A stretch of DNA of 64,000 nt. Origin: Paraspadella gotoi. Its lineage: Eukaryota; Animalia; Chaetognatha. Positions 10,332 through 23,923 of the stretch are shown here, one piece after another. Within the stretch, counting starts at the first letter, position 1, and every line of letters begins with the position of its first letter. A program made the position numbers and the translations under genes. The notes under the pieces were generated by a model. It saw only the letters and a program-made list of their open reading frames with translations, was not told the DNA's origin and ran no database searches. The stretch spans positions 29,141,290-29,205,289 of the forward strand of contig CM119264.1 in the NCBI GenBank assembly GCA_051294375.1, in the 5' to 3' direction.

Positions 10332-13300
10332 CTGTTGGGTGGAAAGGGGGCGGGTAGGGGGGGGTGCAGAGTGAGTGAGGGATGAGAGAAAAAAAGTGGG
10401 TTAGTGATGACGCGTTGATGTTGTGAAGTCGGCGTGAATCTGGGTGAACGTGAATGTTAAATCAAGATGGCGGAAATTTGATAAGTCGGTCAATAGTGAA
10501 AGGATTACGAAGATGATGATGATGAAAATGATGATGATGATGATGATGATGATGATGTTGAAAAGAATAACGTGAGTTTGGAGTTTGTGAACGCGAGATG
10601 AAAGAAAGGAAAAGAAAAGAAAAGAGAAAAGAAAAGAAAAAAAAATAAATGAAAAACAAACAGAAAATAAAATGAAAAGAAAAGAAAAACTTTTTGTGTT
10701 AAGTTTTGGATGTGATCGATAATTAATATGATTATTTAAAAGTGTTACTACGTTATTGTCACATTGTTATAGTAGGGAGTGAGTTGCTTTTTTGTTTGTG
10801 AACTTCGCTTCTTTTTAATTCCTTAAAAAAGGTAAGAGGATAATCCATGTCAGATTTTCTACATAATGGGGCTAAGAAAGTAACAGACCGACCCGCATAA
10901 GTTTTCTAGGGTAAGTTAACACGAGAATGGAATCAAAGATCATCTTGAAAAATCAAAAAGACAAAGAGGAAAGGTTGGGCAGCCGAAGGAAAACCTTTCT
11001 CTTCTTTTTTTTTTGACTCTCTGTCATTTCAATATCCCTCCTCCCCTTGTTCCTCCCTCTCCTCTTTCCTCCCTCCCTCCCTCCCTCCCTCTCTCCCTCT
11101 CTCTCTCCCGCGACAAATCGAGGTCGTCTTCAATTTCATTCAATTTTTTTCCTCATTTTTTTTTCAAGTTTCAAAGTCTTAGGCAAAAAGACTTGAATTC
11201 CTTTTTCCTTTAACGACAACCGATTCAAGTTTACCTCCTTCCTCCAATTTCCTCCATTTTCCTCATCTTTTTTCCTCCATTTTCCCTTTTCCTCCTCAAT
11301 TTTCCTCCTTTTTCCCTCCATTTTTCCCTTTTTCTCCTTTATTTTCCTCCTAATTTTTCCATTTTACTCTTCTTTTTTCCTCCATTTTCCCCTTTTCCTC
11401 CTCAAATTTACTCTTTTTTTTTTCCTCCATTTTTTCCTTTTCTTCCTAAATTACCCTCCTTTTTTTTCTCCATTTTTTCCTTTTCTTCCTTCTTTTTTTC
11501 CTTTTTCCTCCTCAATTTTTTCCCCAATTTCCTTCTATTTCCCAAATTTTCTCCTATTTCTTCCATTTTCATCCCTTCTTTTCCTTAATTGTCCTCAAAT
11601 TTTCCCCTTTTTTTTTCATTTTCCAACTTCAATTTTCTATCATTTTCTCCATTTTCCTCCCTTTTCCTCCTCTTTTTTTCCTCTTATTCCCTCTATTCCT
11701 CTTTCTCCAAATTTCCACCATTTTTATCCATTTCCTTCTCTAATTCTTTTCTTTTTTTTCTTTTCTTCTCTTTTCGTATTTTTATTTTATTTTATTTTAT
11801 TTTATTTTATTTTTTTTTATTTTTATTTTTATTTATTTTTTTAAAAAAATTTTATATCAGACTATTTGACTTGTTCATTCGGTTCAAAAATTATGTTCTT
11901 AAATTCTCTTCTCATAATTTGTGTATTGTATCATTCATTGTTCATATCTAATTCTTTCAAATTCAGTAAAAAAAAAGTAAATTTATCTGTGCTATTTCTC
12001 ATCTTAATTTATTCTTCCAAGCCCAAACCCAAAAGAGCCAAGCCAGAGCCCAAACCCAGGCCCCGCCCATCGCCCAATCCCCAAGCCGCAGGCGTCGGAG
12101 AAAAATTGAAACAAAATCCATAGCAATTTATTTTTTGTTGTTGCCAAAACAAGGGGCGCGGCAGCGCAGGGAAACTGAATGCAGCCGCTGTCCTCCGCAG
12201 CAGCAATTCCGAAACTGCGAAGGCAAAAACAACAACAACAACAACCATAACAAAGACATTCGCTTTTCTGTGGGGAATTCTGATTAAAGGAAAGTTTAGC
12301 AATAAAATAGATCCACTTCGAAAAATATATTACTATTATCATAATCTTAAATATAAGTTTTGCTCATGAGGTTTACAGTCGAGCTGATGATATGTCACCA
12401 ATTTATTCATTATAGGAATTGGTTACAATCGTTCATCAAAAAAAATGGAAACTTAATTTTATTTAATTATTTTTTTAATAATTATCCTTTTTTTTAATTG
12501 TTAATAATGTTTATAACTTTCGGCCGTAAAAAAATTTATCACAAAAAAAAAAGCTAATCCAAAAAAACTCGGAAATCGATTTAATCCTAAATGAAAAAGA
12601 CAAAAAAAAAAATCAAAATGAAAAAGATAAAAAATATTGATTTTTTTCCCTTTTTTGTCGTTTTTCGTATTTTCCTCCATAATTTCTCAGAAATGATGTT
12701 TCTAGCTCGTATTTTTGCTTCTCCTTGTTTTTTGTTCTCCTTGTTTTTTTCCTTCTCCATCCAATTCGTTTTTTTTTATTTCACCTTCACTAATACGATG
12801 GTTATTTTTCGTCTTCACACTGACTTTCGTCTGCAAAACTCATCCGAAAGGAAAAAAACACATAAACGAGACAAAAACAACGACAACAACGACAAGAAAG
12901 AGAATTGTGTCATTTGCGTCTCTTTTTTACCCTTTGTTTTGCTTTTTTTTTGGTTTTGCTTTTTTCCCATCGGAAAAGTTTTTCCCGATTGTCCGATAAG
13001 AAACTTCGGCGCTGATCTATTTTCAATTCGAACACAAAAAATCAAATTGAGTTGAGATCATGATCGATAAATGATTGATAAATGATTGATAAATGATTGA
13101 TAAATGCCCATTATCATTAGTACTTTTGAAACTTGTAGTTTTATCGAAAAAATATTTTCATAAATAATTAATAAACCAAATATATCAATAGATAAAAAAA
13201 CCAAAAAAAATATCATANNNNNNNNNNCAAATATACCAATAGATAAAAAAACAAAAAAAATATCATAAAAATAAACAAACAATTAAACAANNNNNNNNNN

Positions 13301-14489
13301 NNNNNNNNNNNNNNNNNNNNNNNNNNNNNNNNNNNNNNNNNNNNNNNNNNNNNNNNNNNNNNNNNNNNNNNNNNNNNNNNNNNNNNNNNNNNNNNNNNNN
13401 NNNNNNNNNNNNNNNNNNNNNNNNNNNNNNNNNNNNNNNNNNNNNNNNNNNNNNNNNNNNNNNNNNNNNNNNNNNNNNNNNNNNNNNNNNNNNNNNNNNN
13501 NNNNNNNNNNNNNNNNNNNNNNNNNNNNNNNNNNNNNNNNNNNNNNNNNNNNNNNNNNNNNNNNNNNNNNNNNNNNNNNNNNNNNNATGCTTTCGATTAT
13601 TCCACAAATAAATATATAAATCAATATATGCTTGTCTATTGTCTTCGGTTATTCTTTTTTGTTTAGTTTTTTTAATTTGTTTTGTGTTTTGTCCTTCTGT
13701 TTATTCGTTGTTTCGTTTGTTTCCTCTTTGTTTGTCCTTTACGAGAGAATTCCCGTCGTTCATTGACGTTCGTCCTCGAACATCCGGAGCCAAACCTCTC
13801 TCTCTCTCTCTCNNNNNNNNNNNNNNNNNNNNNNNNNNNNNNNNNNNNNNNNNNNNNNNNNNNNNNNNNNNNNNNNNNNNNNNNNNNNNNNNNNNNNNNN
13901 NNNNNNNNNNNNNNNNNNNNNNNNNNNNNNNNNNNCTCTCTCTCTCTCTCTCTCTCCACAAGCGTCGCTCGGAAATTATGTTTGTTTTGTTGCTTCTTAT
14001 TTTCAAAACCGGAAACGAGTCAATTTTTTTCAAACTGAAGTGAAGTGAAGTGAAGTGACCTAATGATTTTTTTTCAAACTGAAGTGACCTTTTGATGGAC
14101 TAAGTGAGTCTTGCTCGTAAACCATTACTGATAACTAATTATTTTCATTGATGACTTGTGAGTAAATGCCAATAATCGAGAACCAGCATTTCTTTTTCTA
14201 AAATTGAAATTAGTTAATATTAGTTTTAGTTTTTATTAATTTTAAACGATCAAAAAGCTATTTAACAATCAATTTTATAAACATGACTCAATTTTTGTTC
14301 AAAAAACAAAATTAAACAAAGATTCTACTAATGAAAGTTTTTTCTTCGTAATATACAATAAAAATTACATATCCAAAGATTAGTGACTTCGTATCTTACC
14401 CCCTCGTACCCCCACGGCCCCTCTCCCCATGTCTTCCCCGCCTGACCCAGCAGCGGCCCTTCCCTACCCTGACCCCCGACCAAACTCAC

Positions 14490-14614
14490 CTTGAATGATG
14501 ACCCGACTTTTCTCCATCTCCCACCGCAGCCGGGGTGGGTGACCTCCTCTCCACGAGGCGCGACACGAGAAGGTCGCAGGAACGTTTTCCGTCAGAACGA
14601 GGTTAGATGTCGCT
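14490..14614 (-). CDS. IgSF protein exon, first half of C2-set (CD80-like) Ig domain (125 nt)
   Basis: Acceptor ttcctccctcaatctag|, donor CAAG|gtgagt. Translates (R)ATSNLVLTENVPATFSCRASWRGGHPPRLRWEMEKSRVIIQ(G) with B-strand Cys, GxxPP motif and C-strand Trp. Phase 2 in, phase 1 out. Confidence 0.92.
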
Positions 14615-15499
14615 CTAGATTGAGGGAGGAAAAGGGGGCGGGGAGGGAGAGGGGAAAGAAAGGGNNNNNNNNNNAAGGAGAAGAGAGGGGGAAAAGGAGG
14701 GGCAAGAGAAAGAGAGAAGGGAGGAGAGAAAAAGAATGCGAAGTGGGAGTGAAAGAAAAAAGAAGATGGAAAGAAGGAGGAAAGAAAGGAGTAAAGAAGT
14801 AGAATAAAGGAATAGAATAGAATAAAATAGAAATAGAAGGAGGAAAAAAAAATGGGGAAAGAGAAAAATGACGTCAGATGTAAACGAACGTTTGTCGAAA
14901 TTTGAGGAGAATAAAGATGCTCTTTTGTTTTGATTGATGATGAAGATGGCGAAAGAGAGAAAATGAAAAGGATATGACGAAACATCAAAAGACGATGACG
15001 ACGATGACGACGACGACGATGGCGAAAAACTTACACCACAGAAAATAGTCACTCGCTTGACAAAAAGAAAAAAAAAAGACCCTAACGACGACGATGACGA
15101 TGACGACGACGACAACGACGACGACGATGACGACGACGGGCTTGAGCTCTTAAAAGGGAGGACCATAAGTAGGATTTGAAAAAGAGTCGTAATAAACTTT
15201 GATGGCGGCTTGAGAAACTTGGCCCCTGGGGGTTTAAGTATTTTTATTCAGTGAGTAAAATAACAACTTTTTTATTCGCCTAATTTTATCTCGGACTCTC
15301 TCTCTTTCTATCTTTCTCTCATCTCTCTCTCTCTCTTCACGGGACTCTCTCATCTCTCCTCCTCTCTCATCTCTCTACTTTGCCAATTCCGCGACGATCC
15401 TTATGCCATTTACCTCCCGGCTCTCTCTCTCTCTCATCTCTCTTTCTCCTCTGCCTCTCTCTTCGTTCTCTCTCTCTCTCTTCTTGCAGATTGGCGGTA

Positions 15500-17885
15500 C
15501 GACCTTAGCTTTTAGGATTTTTTGAACTTGTATTTTTTCTGCTTCAAGTTAAATGTGACTTAGGTTTTTTCCATTTTAAACCTCATTTCCAACTGGCACA
15601 ATTCCCGTCAAGAACTTATATCTAGCTTTTTTCAACACTTCCTATCCCGGATTCACACAAAATTTCATCTCCAGATCTATTATGGGTTAAATAAGTAAAA
15701 GAAAGAGTTCAAGTAAATGTGACTATCATATTTTTCCATTTAAATCATTTCCACTCGTACGGTTTCCACCGAGAAACTTTTATATCAAGCATAGAGTACA
15801 TCATTTTTTCTAATCCCACAAGACAAAAAATTTGGAACTCATCTAGTCCATCCAATTTTATGATTAATTAGAGTACTTATTGTTTAAGAATAAGTAAAAA
15901 GTTTTTGTAAATGCGACTTATGTTTTTTCTCGCACTTAAACTCACATTTCCACTCCACGATTACCGTCGAAAGCTTTATATCCCAGCTATTATCACAGCA
16001 CTTTCCTACCCACACACAAAAATTTCATTTCAAATCCAACCAGATCCAGCGCAATCATCGAGTTTAATTGGAGCTTTTTTGCTAGGTGGGACCGGATGGA
16101 CGGATTGATTGACTGAATTAATTAATTAATTGATTTAATTAATTGGACTAATATGTGATTAATTAACTGATTAATATTTGACTTATTAATACAATTCCTG
16201 CATATACATTTAATATAAAAGTGAAAAAGAAGGCATAATCAATTAGTGAATACAGGTTTTTTGTTTTTTTCCATCTTAAAACTCATTTCCAACTCAAAAG
16301 ATTCTCATCGAAAACTTGTGTGTTCCCTGTTCAATCACGACACTTTTCTACTCACATACACAAATTCCAGGTCAATCGATAAAATTAAGTGGTAATAAGG
16401 CTATCTTGGTCAAACTTGCATAATTTTAATCAAACTTGCATAAGTTGGTCAACTGAGCATAATTTGGTTAACTGACATGACAATTGTGGTCTAGGCTGAC
16501 ATAATTTGGTCACACTGCCACATATGGAATTTGGTCAATCTGACATAATTTGATTCAATTAAGATAATTGGTCCAACCCGCATGAGATTGGGTGGTAACC
16601 GTTGGCATATGATTTTTCAACTAGCCAATTTCGGCGCTCACAGCATACTTGGGCTCACTTGCAAAACTTCGATTAACCCTTGCCAGGAAATTATGGGGTC
16701 AACTGCCAGACATCTATAGTAATCAAGTACGCGGATGAGTCAGAGGGGGGACCATGGCATCGGTTCATTTGATTAACGGATCGGATGGTTCTGTGTCGCG
16801 TCGGACGACTGACACAAGAGCGTCGTAAAGAATGCGAGAGAGTCATCAAGTCAAGTGAGAGAGAGAGAGAGAAAGCATATTAAAAAATTTCCAAATAAAT
16901 GTTGTTACTCTTTTGGTTATTCTAATTTGAACTCTTATCCACTCCCTACGAATTCCATATCAAAAATTTTTATCCCTCTGTTAATACGGGGAGTACTTCT
17001 GACCCACACACAAAATTCAATTTCGATTATACGCATCGGCCAATTTTTTAATAACAAAGATAATTATGAAGTAATTTAAAGTAAAAACTACTTCAAGTAA
17101 ATATGACTTTTTTGTTTTTCCATTTTAACTCATCTTTCCGACTCCGCAGAGAATGATAAGGATTCCCATATCGAAACTTTATATCCGCATCATCAACACA
17201 CTTTCCTACCATCATATCAAAAAAATTTCAAGATCACATATGCCACTGATCCACTCATGAGCCAGATTGGCCGTTCAAAATAGTGAAATAATCATTTTAT
17301 GTTTGTTTTTTTTCACATTTAAAACCAATTTACCACTTCGCGACGATTCCCCCTGTCGAAGACTTCATATCCATTCCAATCCAACCGAGTTTCACAGTTT
17401 CCTACCCACCACTACAAGCGAGGAGGTGAGGCAGGCCTGAGTGGGCAGGGAGATCGGCCGGGCGCGCCGCCGAATAGTCTTGGGGGACGGCCCAGCCGGC
17501 GTACATCCGGATCGGAGTAAGGACGAGGTGGTCTGAATTGGGCTATGCCGCGGGAGATTTAACGCAGTGGAGCGGGGGAGGCGAGGTCGCAGGTCTCACA
17601 CGAATGCGACTAGGTTGCAGCTCGGAGCGACGTCGGGATCGAAGGGGGCGGGCAGAGGACAGGGGAGCGTTCCCGAGAGACGGCACCGAACGGTCAAGTC
17701 GGACAAAATTTCATACCAATCCCATGTACCCATGAGACCAATCAACAGGGGTATTGGAGATTGGTTGTGCTAAGGTGGGGAGCGCACGACGGACGGACGA
17801 GGACGGACGGACGGACGACGAGACGGACGGACGACGGTACGGCGGACGGAACGGACGGACGAGACAGGACGACGGACGGGACTGA
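15500..17885 (+). repeat. Array of diverged ~170-190-bp repeat units ending in (GGAC)n tracts
   Basis: The motif series tcaagtaaatgtgact..tttttccattttaaactcatttcc..cgaaactttatatcc..actttcctaccc..acaaaatttca recurs near 15544, 15709, 15907, 16255, 16895, 17093 and 17295. (GGAC)n tracts lie at ~16090 and 17787-17880. Confidence 0.75.
16400..16705 (+). repeat. Degenerate ~20-bp tandem repeat
   Basis: ttggtcaaacttgcataatt-like units repeated more than 10 times. Confidence 0.7.
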
Positions 17886-18080
17886 AGTCATTTTTTTTTG
17901 GCATAATTATCAAATTCGACCTGTTCTGATGACATGAGTATATAGTGTGTGCCCCGACATATGAGGGGGGCGGACCGACGGGGACTGAGATCGGGGTGAA
18001 GACCCAGCGACTGGAAAAAAGGAGTGAAGAGTATTATACGAGTCGGGATCTGCCTGATAAGCAGAATCCAGACCTTAAAA

Positions 18081-21000
18081 AATAAATGGAAAAACAAACA
18101 GAAAATAAAATGAAAAAAGAAAGAAAAACTTTTTGTTGTTAAGTTTTGGATGTGATCTGATATAGTCTAATATATTTAATTTAAAAAAAGTGTTAACTAC
18201 GTTACGTTTATAGTCGACATGTTATAGGGTAAGGGGGAGTGAGTTGGCTTTTTTAATTTGTGAACTTCGCGTCCTGCCTCTATTGGCTTTTATTTAAATT
18301 CCCCTGTCAAAGTAGAAAGGCATGTAGAGAGAAATCCATGTCAGATTTTCTACATAATGGGCTAAGAAAGTAACAGACCGACCCGCATAAAAGTTTCTCT
18401 AAGGGTGAGAAGGTTAGAGACAGCTAGCCGGAGGCAGAATGTCGCGTAGATAACAGGAAGAGTGCACTCCTCAACCATATATTGAAAGAATGTCGACACG
18501 CGGAAAAACAGCGTTACGAATAGGATAGGGAGAGAGGGCGGTGCGGCTGAATAATACCACGTGCACGATGGATGAAGAAGGGTTGCGGAGTACAAGATCG
18601 GCGTCTGATCAAACGCGGGCGCAAAACTCCCGAAGAGAAACCTTTCTCTTCATTTTTTTTTTTTGACTCTCTGTCATTTCAAATATCCCTTCCTCCCTTT
18701 GTTTCCTCCCTTTCCTCTTTCCTCCTCCCCTCCCCTCCACATTCTCCCTCTCTCTCCGGATAGCAGGGGGACCTGACACCCGCACGAGGCCGCAACAGAT
18801 GAAATCTGACGGAGGATCGTGCTTCAGATTCGACTGCATTTCAATTTGATGTTCGCAGTCCGAGTCATAATTTTTTATGTACCAAGAGTAGACTCAAGGA
18901 CTATCTGATGCGGAGGAGGCAATAAGAGCTGACACTTGGTAAGCAGATAGGCCTTTTTCCTTTAACCGACAACCGATTCAAGTTTACCGTGCCTTCCTCC
19001 ATATTTCCTCCCATGTTCCTCCTCTCTTTTTTCCTCCATTTTCCCTTTTCCTCCTCAATTTTCCAGATCCTTTTTCCCTCCATTTTTTCCCTTTTTCTCC
19101 TTTATTTTCCTCTATATATTTTCCATTTTAACCTTCTTGTTTTCCTCCCATTTTCGCCCTTTTCCATCCTCAAAATCGTATATTAGAAGTTAACCGAATT
19201 CATCTGATGGAGTGCTGACTGGCGTCGTGTATGATTAATTGCTAGTCACTTCCAATTCTTGAGTGCTATCCACCTGACTCTAGCCTAGATATCCACATAC
19301 GACACATGAGTCGAGCGCAGGATAGTCTAGCGAGCGGCAGACAGCGTGGACGCTCGTTTGTTATTTGGTTACTGTGCGACTGTAACACACGGGATCGAGT
19401 CGAGAGGTCAACTCAGCGGTACACTCATCTGGTATGAGAGTTCATCACGTGATGCCGATATCCTAGGCGTGCGCCGTGCTCCTTTTTGCTGTCCGCCTAT
19501 GAACCGCAGGTAGCGAGGATGCACAGCGGCGCAACAGAGTGTTCGCAGTGCGCATCACTCGATTCGTACAGTTTGCAGTACTGCGCGAGTGCACGCTGAG
19601 GAAAGCTGTCTGTGGAGATCCCAATAGTATAGCAGCGCATGCTATGATGAGATGTCCATGCCGTCATATCATCAAAAATCGGCCCCGTGGCAGTCATCTA
19701 TTTCGCACGTAATCGGGTAGGGGAAGGGGTCGCACGGCAGCATACCGTCACACACGAAATTGATCATCCTGCGGCACCTATTGACTCTGTTGTGTATATG
19801 TTCGCGAAGCGAGATTGAGCCGGTAGCCGGGAGCGCAGTGCACACACTTATTACACAGAGGGGTTAGGCTCGGGAACACTCGCATGCGACTTGACGATCC
19901 GTATATCCTTGTATGTGGCCAGTCTCGGATGAACGCAGAGACCGCGATGATCGCCATGGCGCATCACCATTACATTATAGAGTTTTGGCCGCACCTTACT
20001 TAAGCGTAGAAGGATGGGTCGGACCGCGGCGGAGTCGTATTCCCTTCTCCAAATTTCCACCATTTTTATCCCACTTCCCTTCGTACTAATTCTTATTCTA
20101 TTTATGTTGTTTTTCTTTTCTGTCCTGCTTTATCGATATTTTTATTTTATTTTATTGTTATTTTATTTTATTTTTTTTTATTTTTATTTGTCGACTCATT
20201 ATGTACTTATTGCATGCGACTTCATGTGCGTTTTTGCCGTAAGACAGATTAAGGCAAGCATCGGTGATGTGTATATAACATGATACGAGCAGGCCATTGG
20301 GACACTTGCTAGTTGGCGCCGGCGAGAGGAAGACGTCCGCCGGGCGCGCGGAGGAAGCAGGAGCGTCTGGGAGCAGTGCGGGCGCAGGGTTATGCGAAGA
20401 GAAGAAGATTTCAATGTTTCGTGTCAATTATGCTGCATCGGGCATTTGCACTTCGAGGACGTGAAACAGGATTTCCGTGGTATTGTATGGTGCAGTGGTG
20501 AGCACACAGTTGGTGATCAGGGGTGAGGTCATGCGGACATCTGCAGCAGAGCACAAGCATAGAGGAGCTTCTACGGGGTGAGAGTCGGAGGAGTCTCATC
20601 GCTTCTCAAGCTTAGTGTCGCCAGAGAGCGTAAAAATATAAGCAGAAAAAGGGTAAAGAGAGGGAGGAGCGTATTGCGCAGATCGCTGCTGCTAGTGTGT
20701 ACGTACAGTTAGGACGGTGTGAATTAGTGCGAGGTATTCTTCGAAAGGAAACCGGGAGCGAAGATGAAACCCAAAAGAGCCAAGCCAGAGCCCAAAACCA
20801 GGCACCATGCCGCCCATCGCCCAATCCCCAAGCCGCCAGGCGTCGGAGAAAAATTGAAAACAAAATCCATAGGAATTTATTCTTTTGTTGTGCCAAAACA
20901 AGGGGCGCGGCAGCGCAGGGAAACCTGAAATGCAGCCGCTGTCCTCCGCAGCCAAGCAATTCCCGAAACTTGCGAAGGGAGCAAAATCAACAACAAACAA

Positions 21001-22550
21001 CAAACCATACACAAAGACATACATGCTTTTCTGATGGGTGAATTTCTGATTAAAGGAAAGTTTAGCAATAAAAAATAGAGATATCACTTCGAAAAAATAT
21101 ATTACTATTATCCATAATCTTAAATATTAAGTTTTTGCTCATATCCGAAGGTTTACAGTCGAGAGCTTGATGATATGTCCACCAATTTATTCATCGTAGT
21201 AGTGGAATTGGGTTAACAACGTTCATATAAAAAAAATGGAAACTTAATTTTTATTTAATTTTTTTTTAATAATACCTTTTTTAATTGGTTAATAATGTTT
21301 AATAACTTTCCGGCCGTAAAAAAATTTATCACAAAAAAAACAAAAACAACAATAAAACATACCAAATCCAAAGATTAGTGACTTTCGTATCTCTTACCCC
21401 ATCGTACCTCCCAGCGCCCCTCTCACCCATTGTCTTCCGACGCCATGACCCAGCAGCGGCCCTTCCCTACCTGAACCCCGACCAAACTCACCATTGAATG
21501 ATGGAACCCGACTTTTTTCTCCATCTCCCACCGCAGCCGGGGTGGGTGACCTCCTCTCCACCGAGGCGCGAACACCGAGAAGGTCCGCAGGAACGTTTTC
21601 CCGTCAGAACGAGGTTAGATGTCGCTCTAGATTGAGGGAGGAAAAGGGGGGGGGAGGAAGAGGGGAAAGAAAGGGGAGAGAGGGTGGAGGGAGGAAGGAA
21701 AGGGGAAGGGGAGAAGGGAGAGAAGAGAGGGGAAAGAAAGGGGAGAGAGGGTGAGGGGAGGAAGGGAAGGGGAGGGGGAGTAGGGAGAGGGGAAAGAAAG
21801 GGGAGAGAGGGTGGAGGGAGGAAGGGAAAGGGGGAGGGGAGAAAGAAAGAGGAGACGGGAAGGAAAGCGGCGGGAGGGAAGGAAATGGAGGGTGGGAGAG
21901 GGGGGAAGGCAGAGGGGAGAAAGGAAGGAACAGGGAAAGGAAGGGAGAGAAGGAGAAGAAAGGGGAACATAATTAATTTAGGAAAGGAGAAGAAGAGGGG
22001 GAAAAGGAGGGCAAAGAAAAAGAGAGAAGGGAGGAGAGAAAAAGAATTGCGAAGTGGGAGTGAAAGAGAAAAAGAAGATGGAAAGAAGGAGGAAAGAAAG
22101 GAGTAAAGAAATAGAATAAAGGAATAGAATAGAATAAAAATAGGAAATAGAAGGAAGGAAAAAATGAGGGGGAAGAGAAAATACGTCAGATGTAAACGAA
22201 AACTATTGTCGAAATTTTGAGGAGAATAAAGATGGCTCTTTTGTTTTGATTGATGATGGAAGATGGCGAAGAGAGAAATGAAAAGGATATGACGAAACAT
22301 CACAAAAGACGATGACGAGATGACGACGACGACAATGGCGAAAGACCTTACACCAAACAGAAAAAGTCCACTCGCTGACAAAAAGAAAAAAAAAAAGACC
22401 CTAACGACGAACGATGACGATGACGACGACACAACAGACGACGACGAGACGACGACCGGGCTTGAGCTCTTAAAGGGAGGACAATAAGTAGGATTTGAAA
22501 AAGAGTCGTAATAAATCTTTGATGGCGGCTTGAGAAACTTGGCCCCTGGG
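18081..22550 (+). repeat. Noisy direct duplicate of ~10640-15230
   Basis: Collinear matches: 18085~10645, 18330~10840, 18640~10990, 20770~12025, 21370~14375, 22460~15140. These are interrupted by random-looking blocks, and the copy ends just before the 25-N gap 22648-22672. Confidence 0.9.
21492..21626 (-). pseudogene. Frameshifted duplicate of exon 14490-14614 (probable assembly artefact)
   Basis: Same sequence and splice flanks, but 135 nt versus 125 nt. By manual alignment the 10 extra bases are all small insertions, with no substitutions. Confidence 0.75.
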
Positions 22551-22575
22551 TGGGTTCCTTTTGACTGAAAGGAGT

Positions 22576-22630
<55 letters not shown>

Positions 22631-22672
22631 AGAGCAAGGAGAGAGAGNNNNNNNNNNNNNNNNNNNNNNNNN

Positions 22673-22707
<35 letters not shown>

Positions 22708-23923
22708 ACTCTATATACGAAAATTGGTAGGAAAATTTGAGGAAAATAGCAAATGTGAATGTCGCTGATAATGTCACTCTGAGATGAGACGGCACAAGTA
22801 TAACCAGATCGTCTCACGAAATTGTTAAAAACGCAGCGAGAAAAAAAATGGCAAGCCAGTTGTTATCAAGAACTGTGTTATCAAAAGATGTGCATACACT
22901 GCATAGAGATGGCATGTTTGCGAAAATAGAAATGGCACGATAGCGCAAACAGAAATGGCACGATGGCGCAAATAGACTTGTCATCAAAACTAAAACGAAG
23001 ATAACATCAGACATTCAAGAAAAAGACAGAGATTCCGCCTGAAGCTGCAATGATGTGATGCGGCACAATGAGGCACAATGTGGCCCGAGACTCAGAAAAT
23101 CGAATCTAAGGAGGAAAAAATCTACATAATGGGAAAAATCTCGCGCCATCTTTAAAAAAAATGGAAAAAAGTCGTAGAAAAAAAAGGGACACGTTCCCTT
23201 CCTATAATTATTTGTACGATTTTAAATTCATGATATTTTTTTATTTTAATTTATATTATTAACTCTGGGACGAAACGATGCTAAACGATGTTTAAATCTT
23301 TGTTTATCTTGGCGATGTTTAAATTGTTTAAGCTTTAACTATTGTTTCTAATTGAAAAAAATAATTTCAATGTAAATCATTCTCAACGATGATCTCAGAA
23401 ATTTTGCGGGGATTTTATTATTAAAATAATAAGTTAAATCGGAAAATTTTCAATTTTTAATCAATAAACGAAATGAGTTATTTTAAAATAGCACGACGCT
23501 AATGAAATTAGGGCCCTATTTTCTAAAAGGGCCCCATTATTGTTCCTAATCCATGAACGTAATTTTAACCTATTTTTTAACCCTTATACTTAACCCCAAT
23601 CACTAAAACCTAAATCCGTAAATATGTTCCGTGAACCCAAACCATAATCTGTAACCCTGAAATGGGCAATTTTTTAAAAAATATAACCCGTAAATGTAAC
23701 AAAACAAATCATATTTCTGAGCCATTGGCTTTCACTTAAAAGCCGAAAGGAAAAAGCCGAAAAAGCCGGAAATATCTCTCTCCGGGAAAATGTGGTCAAA
23801 TCCTAAGGAATAACTCAAAAATGAGCGACGTGATGTCCGGTCCTATTCGCTCGCGAGAGTTCACATTGAGTCTCAAATCAACAATCTCTCTCTCTCTCTT
23901 CTCCTTCTCTCTCTCTCTCTCAC

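Noticed and set aside
19180-20760. Horizontally acquired or contaminant DNA
   Set aside because: No sustained ORF or codon structure; interleaved with collinear pieces of the duplicated block, consistent with raw-read noise.
21492-21626. Dscam-like mutually exclusive alternative Ig exon
   Set aside because: The copy has 10 frame-breaking insertions and no substitutions, and lies in a noisy block next to a 25-N gap; artefact is far more likely.
22458-22564. Open segment SKGTHPGAKFLKPPSKIYYD.. after a good acceptor
   Set aside because: The frame differs between the two assembly copies, and exons 24015-23924 and 14614-14490 already join in phase without it.
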